Shown here: positions 26,345 through 39,189 of the stretch, piece by piece
Numbering within the stretch: the first letter of the stretch is position 1
Layout: each line of letters starts with the position of its first letter
NCBI GenBank assembly: GCA_951406725.2
Contig: OX597818.1
Coordinates: 114,266,001-114,330,000, forward strand
Length of the DNA: 64,000 bases
Direction: 5' to 3'
Origin: Octopus vulgaris
Lineage: Eukaryota
Made by a program: the position numbers and the translations under genes
The notes under the pieces: model-generated
What the model was told of the DNA's origin: nothing
The model's input: the letters and a program-made list of their open reading frames with translations, nothing else
Databases searched by the model: none

Positions 26345-26874
26345 TCTTTTATGCCCGGGTGACCCTACAGCTTCAAAGAGTACAACTGTATTCGTCTTTA
26401 CTTAAATATGTATATGTATGCCTTTATATATGTAACCATCTGGGGACTATGTGTGACCCAGTGATAATGAAAAGACTGGAAGGAGGTCTGCAACCAAATA
26501 ACTTTACTCAACATTTTGCAACTGAATCAGAGGAGGCAAAGTGTATATAAGTGAGATAATAGTTTCACTTTAATAGTTTCACTTTAATAGTTTCACTTTA
26601 ATAGTTTCATTATTAAAGTGAAAATATCTGACATTACAATAGAGAGATGTTATCGTTTCACTTTTGACACGTAATACTGAAATAGTGGAGGAGATATGAT
26701 ATTGTTCTGGGCTTGCACTAGGCAAGAAGTTAAAAAGTTTTTGGGCTTATGACACTACATGGACCCTAAGTAAGGCATCTGTAAAATTTCAATGAAATTG
26801 GTTGTGTAGTTCTCAAGTTTTAGGGATTCACACAGACAGACAGACACACATTCTCATCTTTATATATATATAGA
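26345..26874 (-). mobile_element. Non-autonomous Helitron-like element with internal 16-bp tandem repeat
   Basis: Minus-strand 5' A|TCTATATATATATAAAG then (CTGT)n; (taatagtttcacttta) ~3.5 copies at 26557-26612; 3' end uncertain. Confidence 0.6.
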
Positions 26875-27371
26875 TTATTGTTTTACTCTAAACCAACAAT
26901 GATTGAGCTGACTTATAATCAAAGGCGTTCCAACCATGATCACCTTTTATTCAGATAGTATAGAAAGAGACTACGCGTTTTTTTTTAATATGTAGTTTAG
27001 GAGTCATTTGATTACTATATCTAACAGGTCAAGCGACCATGTTGAAACTCTTTAAGCGGTTCATTTGCTATTGATTCGATCACTGTGGACGGCATAATCT
27101 AGTAAATTAAACGCTGCTGATTTTCCCCCAACCACGAAAAAAAAAAGATATTTCCCCAACTCTCTTTCTGTAGATCATCTTATTTTACTAAAATCAGTGA
27201 AGCCGATACTGAAGTGCTGTTGTTCCCTTGAGACGAGTACTGTTCATCCTTCCTGCTACAGACAGTTCATAGCATTTTTCTAACTTTTCATTACCTTCGT
27301 CCATCCCTCTACTTTCCAACAAGAAAACAACATCGATTAATCAACACCCATTTTTATTCGTTTATTGACTA

Positions 27372-27799
27372 CTAGCAGCATAGCCCGGCGTTTCCCGGGT
27401 ATGTAAGGGCCCCTAGTAGGCAACAACTAATCCCAATCTAGTTCTTTCCCTCTAGGGAACGAAGGCACATGTGTAGGTTGCAATGTCTTCTCTTCACTCG
27501 AATACTTCTGTGTATACGATGTTCCTAGCTGTCTCCCGATTGCAAGTTGCAAAAACTACAACAGAAAATGTGTTGCATATAAAAAGCTTAGATTCTCGAC
27601 CCCATGTCAAATTTATCGATTTTTTTCAGAACTGGGGGAACTTTTCAAAACTTTCGCTGCGTTAGTTTTGAATTATGACATTGGGCTATGTGTGTGTCAA
27701 GTTTCATCAGAATCGGTTGAAAGCCGTGGTCAGGGTGAGGGTACAACCTGACAGACACACAGACACACAGACAGACAAACTGCCGTTTATATATAGAGA
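27372..27799 (-). mobile_element. Non-autonomous Helitron
   Basis: 5' TCTCTATATATAAACGGCAG, 3' hairpin cccgggaaacgccggg and CTAG|T; 5' ~200 bp shared with 59770-60150. Confidence 0.85.
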
Positions 27800-28461
27800 A
27801 GATGACAATGTTTGGTCGTAAATTTTCAATTTGCCTGGCGACTTCATATTTCGTTTTCCATATGAACTTTACGTGGGCGTTTCAAAGACGTATTCTGTTT
27901 TATGGTTATACAACTTTTTCTACGTGTTCAAATTCAAATTTATGCTTTTAAAGATTCGCCAAAGTAAAGTTGTAGTAACTTTGTCAGGTCTCCAGTTCTT
28001 ATAACCCTTACGAGTAACCATCTTATTACATGCTTACAACTTCGACTTTATATATAATCGTCTCTTTTGTTTTAGTATGTATTTTACATGCAGCTGAGAT
28101 GTATTTTTTATTTATAACAAGAGATAGATAGAGAGAGATGTTATAGAGAGATAGAGATAGATAGCGAGCGATGGATAGAGAGATATACATAAAGAGATAT
28201 GTTACGTCACTGACGCTAGAAAACAAAAGTAAATATTTTAAAATCTTTCAAAGACGTGAATGTCATATAAAAGCAACATTTTAATTTTTATTAATTTTTA
28301 ATAAAAAAAAAATCATATTAAGACCCTATTTTATGCCCGAGGTCAAATTATTCATCTATCACAAGTATGGAAGTAATTGGAGAAGCCGTCTATCTGTCTT
28401 ATTTTCAACATTCCTATGAAATTGTCCATGGATTCTTTTCTTTATTCACTTATATTCAGTT

Positions 28462-28528
<67 letters not shown>

Positions 28529-28544
28529 TATTATTATTATTACA

Positions 28545-29120
28545 GAGTGAAAGAGTAGTGCATGCCATCAAAGTGACACTGGGGTAAAATATACAAATCC
28601 CAGTATACCCATCATGACTACCCGTGCTATCATGTACATTGTTTTGTCTTGGTATAAAAGATGGGCTACAGCAAATATTCTGCTCAATACCACAGATTTG
28701 CTTGTCAGTTGTTTGACCTTAACCAGTTGACCATGTTCCTTAGTGGCTGACGATATGTGCATCTCTGATCACGAGCAGAAGTAGTGGGAGAGCATCATAG
28801 TCATGCGTTGAGAGGGATTCTTTGTGGTTTGAATAATTCACCTCTGGAAACATGGTTGTCTCGTTCAACATCCTTAAACAACCCTTATTCAGAGACCTTT
28901 TGAACGGGATGGACTACTCGACCAGAAGAAAATTCTAACTGAACTCCACCTGCAAGGTCATGCGCTGTTTATCTTGATATGAGATCACCATGTCGCGCAC
29001 ATATGGTTGTGATGCATATGTCTGGTGTACCCTTATCAGACGGGTAGTCAAGATGGGTATACTGGGCTTCGTATATCTTACCCCAGTGTCACTTTGATGG
29101 CATGAACTGCTCTCTCACTC
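28545..29120 (+). mobile_element. (TAA)n-tailed non-coding retroelement with inverted copy of its 3' end
   Basis: 81-bp arms 28545-28625 / 29040-29120 flanked by (TTA)n and (TAA)n; body homologous to 60161-60430 and 49399-49610. Confidence 0.75.
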
Positions 29121-29148
29121 AATAATAATAACAGAAATAATAATAATG

Positions 29149-29206
<58 letters not shown>

Positions 29207-29584
29207 TGATGATGATGATAATAATAATAATAATCAGAAGAAGAAGAATGAAATGCGCTCTATAATTCTGGTCTCACATCACGCTGAGCTAAACGTTAAG
29301 TTTCATGGTTTCAAGTTCGATACGAAAAATTTTCAATGAAATACTTGCGACGTCTTCAACTTTCTCCTTTCAGTGTTGCTGACCTTGTGCCTAAATTAGA
29401 AACAATTACGTAATTAGGTTCGCTATTAAATACCATGCACAACTCACCGTGTGTAAGCAAACTATGTTTCACCATCGAAATAAAAATAGATGCGAATGCC
29501 ACTTGGTCCTCCTCTTGTGAAGAGAGAAATAAAGGGAACCTCTATTTCTTTCTTCGTACGAGGAGATTTGTGGGCGCCCCCCCA

Positions 29585-29624
<40 letters not shown>

Positions 29625-30394
29625 CAGAACAAAAGATAGGAATTAAAAATTCCACGCAGTTATCAATAAAGCACTCAGTTTTAACTACATCAAGGAATAA
29701 GACACCAATAAATCGAAGTAGATAGATAGATAGATAGATAGATAGAAAGAAGGATAGATAGATGGATAGATAGATGCATGTATATAGGTATATATATATA
29801 TATGTGTATGTATACGTGTTTGTCCGTCATATATTATATATATATATATGTATATATGGTAAAGTGTTTGTTGGAAGAAGGTTAACGTCTTAATCATTTT
29901 GTTTTGTTAAATTCCCACAGAAACGTTGAAACAATCGTGATAATTTACGGGTGAAGCTATCTTATTGCTTGTTCAACGTACTGGCTGACTTCACTTTGAC
30001 ATAATGACTGATATACATTTAAAGACAAAAAGAAGAAAAAAACAGAAAGACATAAGAAATATACAAGAAAAATAGGTAAGAAACCAAGAAAAAAGCTAGC
30101 AAAACTCAATGAACAAAGAAGAATGGCTTTTTAATAATCATGTGAATTGAATAGCTTGATGCAGTAAACAAGTCTCTCTGAATGATCTCTCTTTCATTTT
30201 TTGTCTCTCCTTCTCCATCTTCTTTCCAATAAAATCCTGTTTTTGCTGAGATATAAATCTCAAGCTGATGCTTTCTTCACAATGAAATACAGGTCATGAG
30301 ATGATGTAATTTAGAGATAGACAACCAAAGCTAATTTAAACAGATGCGATGTGGACTTCTGAATAATGGAATACGTGTTAATCCCGTGATGTGA

Positions 30395-30657
30395 AGGCGC
30401 GTGGTTCAATGGTTTGAGCGTTCGACTCCCGGCGACGCGTCATGTCTTTGAGTAAGACATTTTATTCCCTTCAGCTGGAAAAAAATGAGTTGTACCTGTA
30501 TTTCAAAGAGCCAGCCTGGTCACATTGTATGTCATGTTGAATCTCCTTGAGAACTTGGGAACGATGTTACGGGTTCGCGTGTCTGTGGAGTGCTCAGCCA
30601 CTTGCACGTTATTGTTCGGATCAACTGGAACCCTCGTCGTCGTAACAACCGGAGTGT
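30395..30657 (+). mobile_element. SINE group B (alternative head)
   Basis: gttcgactccc B box; 3' ggaaccctcgtcgtcgtaac. Confidence 0.75.
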
Positions 30658-30825
30658 AAATTCTTTTTAATCCAGCAGATATATCGGGTTGAAGATTTAT
30701 AGAATATTTTTTTATTCTTTTGTTCATAGACCTAGGTTTTTTTCTTTTTTTTCATAGAAATTGATACAATGAATTTTCTTTTATGAATTCTTCTTACGCA
30801 CTGGGAAAAAGAATAACAGAAAACC

Positions 30826-31214
30826 TCTCTCTATATAAAGCTGAAGTTGTCTGCGTGTGGCAGGTTTGGTAGCCTACAACTAACACTATCTCCTTCGAGA
30901 CCCTGCGACACAAATTTACCAAAATTAAAAGTATGATAGAAGAAGGCTTGCTCTTCCTTCCGTAGAAGAAAAAATTGAAATCGGACCATGTAAGCACCAA
31001 AAAATATTTACATCAAAAAGGTGCTTTTTTCTATGAAAATCCCTATTTTTTACGATGTTTTGACTGCTTTGTCGCTATTTTTCGGTGTATTTCAACCAGA
31101 AAAATGTTCACTTAAAGAGAATAACAAGCTACATAATGCAAAATGTTTACTTTTCCAAAATTCCAATTCTAAAGGGTCGAAACAAACCCGAGCAACGCCG
31201 GGCGATACTGCTAG
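30826..31214 (+). mobile_element. Non-autonomous Helitron
   Basis: 5' TCTCTCTATATAAAG, 3' hairpin cccgagcaacgccggg and CTAG|T. Confidence 0.85.
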
Positions 31215-31252
31215 TAAAAGATATTGGTGTATCTCAGGCAAAAATGGTTGTG

Positions 31253-31802
31253 GTCTACTACAGAGAAGTAACAGGGTGACGCCGTTGTAGGATGCTACGT
31301 GAAGTCAAGCTGAGCTAGGTGGAAAGATTGAACGGGTAAAAGGAGGAAATGATACTGGTTGTGGGGGGTTAGCGGTTTATCGATGGGGAAACCAACGGCT
31401 AAGAGTGAAAGATGGAAGAATTGATCAAGGAAGAGAAAATCTTGGATAACTGACAAAATGAAAGTTTTTAAATTTTTTCATTTCTTCAACTTTTTTCAAT
31501 TCTTTCAAAATCAATTTTTTCAATTCTTTTAATTCTTTTTTTCTCAATTTTTTTCTCTTTTTCAATTTGAATTTTTTTTTTTTTCATTTTGTCATTTCTT
31601 CACGGTTTTCTCTTGGGCACTTCTACAATTTTTCCCTCTCAGCCGTTGATTTTCCCATCGACAAACTACTAACACTCCAAGTAACACCTCCTCCTTCTAC
31701 CTGTTAATTCTTTCCTCCTAGCTCACCTCTACTTCTCTTAGCATATCCCCCCCTTCTCACCAGCCTACTACGACGTCACACTGTTACCTCTCTGTACTAG
31801 AC
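31253..31802. repeat. Old diverged fold-back element (~210-bp arms)
   Basis: gtctactacagagaagtaacagggtgacgccgttgtagg versus cctactacgacgtcacactgttacctctctgtactagac, with further colinear complementarity around a T-rich core. Confidence 0.75.
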
Positions 31803-32517
31803 AAAACGAAAATAAAACAGGTCTGAAATGTATATTTAGAAAATGACATGTCATGCATGCAAATCATATACCATAAAATATTTCATAAAATTTTAATACA
31901 AGCCTACACCCGCCTACCCACCCAAGCACACATGCACACACACACACATATACACACACAAATACATAAACTAACAAAAACCCGCCCAGGGCAGCGTTGT
32001 TTGTTTCTACATTTGTGCTGCCTATATACGTGCATGTTTGGGTGACTGGTTGTTTAATGTCATCGTGGAGTTGTGTTTAAAATAATTTCTAAATTTATAT
32101 AGACGCAAGTGTGACTGCGTGGGAAAAAGCTTGCGACTTACCATTTTGATAATTTATAATTATCACTTTACCATGTTACTCAATCAGCCACTGGATCGTA
32201 TGGTAATTTCTATAAACTGACAAATCGAATTAGCTTAACCGAAGGCAACGTAGGTGCACCACCAATGGGGATTAATTCGATCCGAAATCACCAGTGACCT
32301 CGCGCCATCGCTTGCTGTTGGGAATAGACAGTGCTCTTCGAACAGAAAATGCACTGTTCGTGACTGAGAGTTGTCTTGACTCTTATTTCTAGCAATAGTG
32401 GTGCTGACTTGAACCCTAAGTCACTTTTAGTGAGGCTTTGTACTTGGGCCTTTTGGTTTTAAATTGCGACTAGCCACTTTAATAATTCACATATATGTAT
32501 ATATATATATGTGTGTG

Positions 32518-32557
<40 letters not shown>

Positions 32558-32624
32558 ACTGCGTGTGCATCGTTGGCGATTGTCTTTCTCTGTATTCCCT
32601 TCCTTTGACCTTTCCTTTTTCTAC

Positions 32625-32659
32625 ATTTCTGACGAAGAGCTCCGCTCGAAACGTTAAAT
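32625..32659 (+). ncRNA. Minimal type-I hammerhead ribozyme motif (GAGC-tcc-GCTC family)
   Basis: attt-CTGACGA-a-gagc tcc gctc-GAAA-cg-TT-aaat with canonical core, within a ~190-bp element (~32570-32760) ending at (TA)n. Confidence 0.85.
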
Positions 32660-32756
32660 TCTCCTTCTTTCTTTCCTTTCCTGAGCGTCCAATAACACTA
32701 TACTTGTTCCGCGTCCTTGCGTTGTTTTGTTTTCTCTTTGTTCATGTTTGGATTAA

Positions 32757-32813
<57 letters not shown>

Positions 32814-32817
<4 letters not shown>

Positions 32818-32866
32818 TGATTGATTCTAGTTTCAGCTCACGAGCTGTGGCCATGCTGGGGCACCG

Positions 32867-32868
<2 letters not shown>
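32814..32868 (-). mobile_element. CR1-like LINE extreme 3' stub
   Basis: ggcggtgccccagcatggccacagctcgtgagctgaaac plus (AATC)n tail, matching 13783-13820; inside (TA)n. Confidence 0.75.
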
Positions 32869-32952
<84 letters not shown>

Positions 32953-32955
<3 letters not shown>

Positions 32956-33509
32956 GGTTATTCAAAAAGAATGAACCGCTTTCATTAAGCAATATTTTAA
33001 TAAGGAAAGCAACAGAAAACTTTAGTTGAGTCACGGGTATTTACTCAAAATCAACTTTTATTTATTTCCTGCCTTACACATGTTCAATGTGGCCACCACC
33101 TGTAGCCTGGGCAACATCAATGCGATAAGAGAATTCCTCTCAGACGTGTATCAGCATATCACGATCCATTGAGTTGATCTCTATTTTTATTCGATGTTTA
33201 AGGTAATCGAGATTAGTGGGTAGTGGTGGAACATAAACACGATCTTTTACATATCCCCACAAGAAATTAAAATCACACACGGTGAGATCTGGGGATCTCG
33301 CAGGCCAAGCACAAAGAGAGTCTGAGAGAAATTCTGTTATCGCATTGATGTCGCTGTGTTGCAGATGGTGGTCATATTTGAACACTTCTAAGTCAGGAAA
33401 TAAAAGTTGATTGTGAGTAAACACTTGTGACTTGACTGGAGTTTTCTATAGTTTTTCCATTATTAAAATATTGAGTAATGAAATCGGTTAATTTTTTTTA
33501 ATAACCGTG
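32953..33509 (-). mobile_element. Internally deleted Tc1/mariner element
   Basis: TIRs ggttattcaaaaagaatgaaccgctttcatta / taatgaaatcggttaattttttttaataacc with TA flanks; ORF 33140-33424 has WPARSPDLTVCDF.LWGYVK. Confidence 0.85.
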
Positions 33510-33576
33510 TATGTATATATATATATATTGTATATAACATTTTTTTATTCTCTTTCTGTTTATTTCCTTGCGTTCC

Positions 33577-33610
33577 TTTCTGTTGAAGAGCGTAGGCTCG
33601 AAGCGTAATA
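33577..33610 (+). ncRNA. Degenerate minimal hammerhead (GAGC-gtag-GCTC family)
   Basis: ttt-CTGTTGA-a-gagc gtag gctc-GAAG-cg-TA; element ~33540-33680 homologous to 5540-5667 and 46715-46870. Confidence 0.5.
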
Positions 33611-33678
33611 GATTTAAAGTAACACACTTGTTTGTTGTTTATACAACCGTCTTCGTCTTTGGTTTTTCTCTAAATTTC

Positions 33679-33730
<52 letters not shown>

Positions 33731-34007
33731 CTGTATATGTATATATATATATATATATATATGTATAATGTTCGTCCTTCGGGTTCGAAGATGACCATTG
33801 ACATCATTTGGTGGAATTGCTGCTATGAGACCGGAGGTGGCTGGTGAGGCCAATCCGGGCAAGGAAGCCCCTCCCACAGGTGGGGCAGAAGTGGGTAGGG
33901 GCTGTGCTATTGGTGCAGGTGGCTCCGGCTTTCCGCATCTGGCGTTTCTGTTCTGCTGACTGAATCCGTCTCTCCTCGGCTGTCTTTGCTCCTGTGGTGA
34001 TTGCGAT

Positions 34008-34133
34008 AAATATAAATTAGAGATAAAACTACTATTATGCAACTCAAACATTGATAGACATAAACCAATACATAAATAACAAATAATATATATTTGAGTT
34101 ACATAATAGTGGTTTTATCTCTAATTTATATTT
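34008..34133. repeat. Inverted repeat, 41-bp arms
   Basis: aaatataaattagagataaaactactattatgcaactcaaa / tttgagttacataatagtggttttatctctaatttatattt. Confidence 0.8.
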
Positions 34134-35013
34134 TATACATTTATACTGTGAAATTTGATTTAATACTAAATTGAATTTTTCCCTGTAAGTTTGGAGTTAT
34201 ACTCCCTAATATTATTATAATTATATATATATATATATATATAGGACATCACCGACTCTTCAAACAACACGAAATACGTAAACACAGAGAAGGGACCCTT
34301 CATCAATTGTCGGCTGTCTAGCTACTCCTCATTTCGAGCATTCAACGACAATATGAATCTTCAAAGACAGTTGCTCCAATAAATTCTAAAATAAACCTTA
34401 GAATTTATGAAGGGTCAAAGTTGGGGAAAAATATAGGAGAGTGGAGACATATAGGGAAACCGAAAGCTCCTTTCTCTGTGTTTACTTGTCCTGTTTTCCA
34501 TTATTTTCTCTCTTTGTTTATATTTAACACGTTTGCTTAAGCATTTCATGTTGTTGGCACAGCTGGTGATGTCCTGTACCTTCATATACCTATATAGTAA
34601 ATATATATATTTCTAAATTCTGTACGACTCATTCTTTTATTCCCCTTTACACTTCGTTCTTTCCTTGCTCCCCATCTCTCACATTTCTTGGTCTTCCCTT
34701 CATTCACATTTTCCTTCCTCTTTTACCTCATTATGTCCTTTTTGATGAATACCACCCCTTGATCCCCTCCATTTTCTTATTGCCGTATAAATTAAGAGTA
34801 AAACAACTTTTTACCCTCACCCATTTATTACATTCAGTAGTGTAATTGTCATGCAATGAAAACAAAAAAACACTTGCGTATTAATAATTGGGTATTCTAC
34901 AAGTAGTATATTGGATAGATATTATCCCTTATTTGGTTGGATTCACAACCTTTCTCTTGGAAATATATACATACATACATACATACATACAAACATACAT
35001 ACATACATACTTA

Positions 35014-35067
<54 letters not shown>

Positions 35068-35215
35068 TAGATAAATGAATTATCTTATTACGGATAATTC
35101 GAAAGATAACCGATACCTGGGTAGCAAACTCACAACAGAAAGAACACTGTTGAAGTTACGACCATAGGGCATATACTCCGTGCCTTAGTGCGGAAATTTG
35201 AAGTTTAATATATTA

Positions 35216-35277
<62 letters not shown>

Positions 35278-35856
35278 ATCCAAACAAAGAACAAACATGA
35301 AAAAAACAACAACGCGAGGACGTGGTTCGTGTAATGTATTAGCAGACGTTCAGGAAAGGAAAGAAAGACGGTTTAACGTTTCGTTCGGGCACACTCCTTC
35401 GGAAAGAAAGGAAATTCCAATAGAAGGGAAGACGGAGGAAAGTCGCCAACGATTCACACACAGACACAGACCCCCCCCACACACACACACACTCTCACAC
35501 AAACACATATCTACTGCCGTGAGCGGCAATGATCTTGAGTCGCAGGTTGTTGCGCGCCGTCAGCAACAATACGCATTGTTGCTGGCTTCAAATGCAGCTT
35601 GGTGGGCAGGCCCACTATACGCTGAATAGTTTGTTAACATACAATAGAGAGAAGGCAAGAAGCTGGCAGAACAATTAGCACGCCGGGCAAAATTCTTCGT
35701 GACACATCGTCCGTCTTTACGTTCCGGATTAAGAATAGCAGCTGTTGTTATACTCCGTTGTTCACAATGTACATTGTTGTTGACTTGAAATAGTTCTTCG
35801 TGAGCAGGTCTACTACACACTGAATATATTGTTAATATACTGTCGTGCGTGGGCAC

Positions 35857-36094
35857 TGAAAAGAAGTTCACCTACCTTCCTCTCTTGTCTGCACCCGTCT
35901 AGCTGTAGTCACTCCGGCGATCCTGCCCTACACTCCCACCCAGTAATAGGCAGCTGCTAACCCGAGAGTGAATCCTCTCACGTCTGTTTACAATGAGTCT
36001 GCCGGCCAAAAGAGGACGACCCGCTCCTGTTGAGGACGACCATCTCCTGTTGACCATTGACACCATGGCCCTCTTCTTCCGGCTCCTCCCCACA
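35857..36094 (-). repeat. 3' LTR
   Basis: TG...CA, preceded on the minus strand by purine tract ggagatcagaggggcg. Confidence 0.85.
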
Positions 36095-38106
36095 CGCCCC
36101 TCTGATCTCCAAGATCACCTTCTCACTTCCCTCCATGTCGAAATCTACCACCCACTCGGGGGGTGGGTGCGCTTTGCACTTTGTGATCTTCTTAAACTGG
36201 GAACCTCATTCTCTTCTCTTCTACAATCATCATCTGACGAAGCGACAATCCAACGAACATCCAAGACATGGCGCGGCATTCCATCCACAGTGATGTTGTT
36301 TTTGGAATTGATATCCGTCACTATTTCTCTCTTCCACAGAGTTGTGCAACGTGTCTTTAACGGCTTGACTCAGACTTCATCTCCTACCTCCACGAAGTCG
36401 GGCCCTCTCTCTTCTACAGGACATCTCGATGGTTTACCCGGATGCCGCCGTTCATATTTGAATATCGCTCTATGTGGCACTGACTCTTCGGCCTGTCTTG
36501 ATTGGGGCGAGATGTTGTACCAGAACATCACTTCCGGCGGCGAGACATGCCCCCCTCTCCGCCATGGCCTTGATCGTCCGATCATGTCTCTCCACGAAAC
36601 CATTTCCACTCGGCCTGTATGCCGCTCTGAAAAAGCGGTGCACTTTCCACCTTTCATGCATCTCCTTCAGCGCCTCCGAACGAAATGCTGTGCCGTTGTC
36701 CATCAGCAATTCGTCCACAGGGCTCCACTCTAAGAATACCTCGTTTAGAATACATATCATCTCTTCCGCACTGCCTGTCTTCAATTCCTTCCAGGAGGTC
36801 ATCCGTCCCGGCCCACAAACGACCATCGAGAGATACGTCTCCTGCCGGTTGTGTGTTACTGCTAGTTGTCTCTGGTTGTGCTCTACCGAAACGTTTCCCT
36901 GATCATGCATACCCGGAGCAGGGTCGATGATTTGACACCTGTCGCAGTTGCCGACCAGCTTTTCGATGCTCCGTCTGGTAACGTCGGCGTCAATCCCCCC
37001 GGTGAGATACAGGGTCCTATCCACGCCCATATGATATATAGCATTTAGTTTCCTTATCTCGGAGTCATTTAACTTACACACCGCTGCTACCCCTTGCTTC
37101 GATTCTTCCGGCACCCCTTACCAGGCCTTTTTTTTTTACCCAGGTTAGAGCGTCTGCCTTGTTTCTCTCTGAAGATACAAAGACCACATTCAACTTCAGG
37201 CCGAACTCGCCAACCAGCTTCCCTAGTATCCCTAGGCGGCGCTTCACTAGCATTTCCGCAGCCCCTTTGGTTCGCACTCTCTTCTCGTTGGTGATCACCG
37301 ATCCTACCCAGCCAAGCACGGTAGCCGAATCCGTCCTGATTTCGATGGAGCGCAGCCCCCATTTCAGAGCTAAATTCACTCCCTTCAACACTGCGTCCAA
37401 CTCAGCGACAATGATGTGGATCTAATTATCTGCTTTTCGAAGCCAGGTGGCATCCTCCGCTTCGGTACCTCTGATTTCCAACACGACGCCTATCGCAATG
37501 CTCCTAGCATCACACCATATGGTCCCGCTATCCGATTTGGGCAGATACCAGTTCCCTCTGACGGGGTATTCTGCTCTCGTCCTCTCCAGGATTTCTTGCA
37601 TCATCGCCACCGTCCCCTCTCCCACCTTGTCACTCCAGTTCTCTTCTGCTCGTCCCTTAGTGTAACTGAATGCCGTACGCAGCCACCCCGCGATCGGGTA
37701 GTGACCTACTAACTTACCGCATATTGAGAACAGTTCTCTCCTGCTGACGTTGATACCCAGCTCCGGGATCTCATTCCTCCAACAAAACACCAACTCGCCT
37801 GTTATGTCTCTCTAAAGCTTCTCCAGCCATTGGCTCTGGTGGCTTTGCAATCAACCCGAATTTCTTCAAATGTCTCACAATTTCTGTGGTAGGCACTTCG
37901 GTCTCGTCCATTTGGACGTCATCTATGTAGGAATTGGTGGCCTTTCTTATCCTATCCATCTTTCCCAGGATGGATTTGAGCACTGTCGCCATGATCTTCG
38001 GCACAGAATTCAGCCCAAAACTCAGTCTTGGGGGACAATAGGTCCGGCCCTTGTATCGCACCAGTTGGTACTACTACAGTTTGTCGCTCACACAGAACTG
38101 CAAATA

Positions 38107-38376
38107 TGAAAAGCGGTTCACCTACCTTCCTCTCTCGTCTGCATCAGTCTAGTAATAGTCACTCAGTTGATCCTGCCCTACCCTCTCACGAAATAATAAG
38201 CAGCTGCTATCTCCAACCCGAGAGCGAACTCCTTCACGTCTGTTTGCAATGCCTCGACCGGCCAAAAGAGGACGACCCTCTCCTGCCCTCCCCGCATTTT
38301 CCTTCTCACACTTCCTCTTCCGGTCAGGCCTTTGACCATTGACGTCATGGCCCTCTTCTTCCGGATCTTCCCCACA
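38107..38376 (-). repeat. Second, diverged LTR
   Basis: TG...CA direct repeat of 35857-36094 with many substitutions and indels. Confidence 0.85.
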
Positions 38377-38889
38377 TATACAATAGAAGAAGGTGGAGAG
38401 CTGGCAGAATGGTTAGCGACATATCGTCCGTCTTTATGTTCTGGATTAGAATTCCAATGAGGTCGAACTTGCTTTTCATTCTTTCGGGATCGACAATTTA
38501 AATAGCAGCTGAGCATTGGATCGATGTAATCGACTTACTCTCTGCTCCGAAATTGCTGGTCTTGTGGCAAAATTTGAAACCAATTTACACTGGTGTTGGT
38601 TTGCTTTCGTTCCTGTAACCTATCAGCTCAGCCAAAGATACCCATAGTAAAAGTACTATGCTTTAAAAATAAAAAATTCGTTCGACTGTAACTCTTGAAG
38701 GCAATACCCCAGCATAGCCGTAGTCAAATGAGAAAATAGGTAAAAGACGAAAGAATGATATATTCCTCATTCCTTTAAAATCCTGCCGTAATTCTCCACA
38801 TGTTCCATATAATCATATATTCATATAAAAAAAAAAAACAGCATAAACGTGAAGAACAGTAAATTAAACACAAAAATATATGCGAAAAG

Positions 38890-39073
38890 TTTTCGGGTAG
38901 GGGGCCAGTCGAGTAGATCGATCCCAGAATGCAACTGGTACTTAATATATCGATCCTGAAAGGATGAAAGGCAAAGTCGACCCCGGCGGAATTTGAACTC
39001 ACAACGTAGCGACAGACGAAATACAGCTACGCATCTCGCCCGGCGTGCTAACGTTCCTGCCAGCTCGCCGCCT
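38890..39073 (-). mobile_element. SINE group C monomer
   Basis: Head ggcggcgagctggcagg and core ctttgcctttcatcctttc. Confidence 0.8.
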
Positions 39074-39189
39074 TAATATATGCAAAAAATAATAGCAAAA
39101 AGTTGATCGGATGCTCAAAACAGAAATCGAACTCTTCGGAAAATGTCAGCTTTGATTGAGTCAACATTTACGTCCGGTTTCTACAAAGT

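Larger units (their letters stand above)
35857..38376 (-). mobile_element. Decayed Ty3/Gypsy LTR retrotransposon (RT-RNase H-integrase)
   Basis: Minus-strand fragments: RT (FGLNSVPKIM, YIDD), RNase H (WCDARS, TDSATV, NKADAL), integrase (HMGVDRT..CDRC, DNGTAF, GNGFVERH); TG...CA LTRs at both ends; PPT next to 36094. Confidence 0.9.

Noticed and set aside
35993-36733. 246-aa plus-strand ORF and other antisense ORFs over the Gypsy and LINE sequences
   Set aside because: Shadow ORFs of GC-richer retroelement DNA with no recognisable domain.
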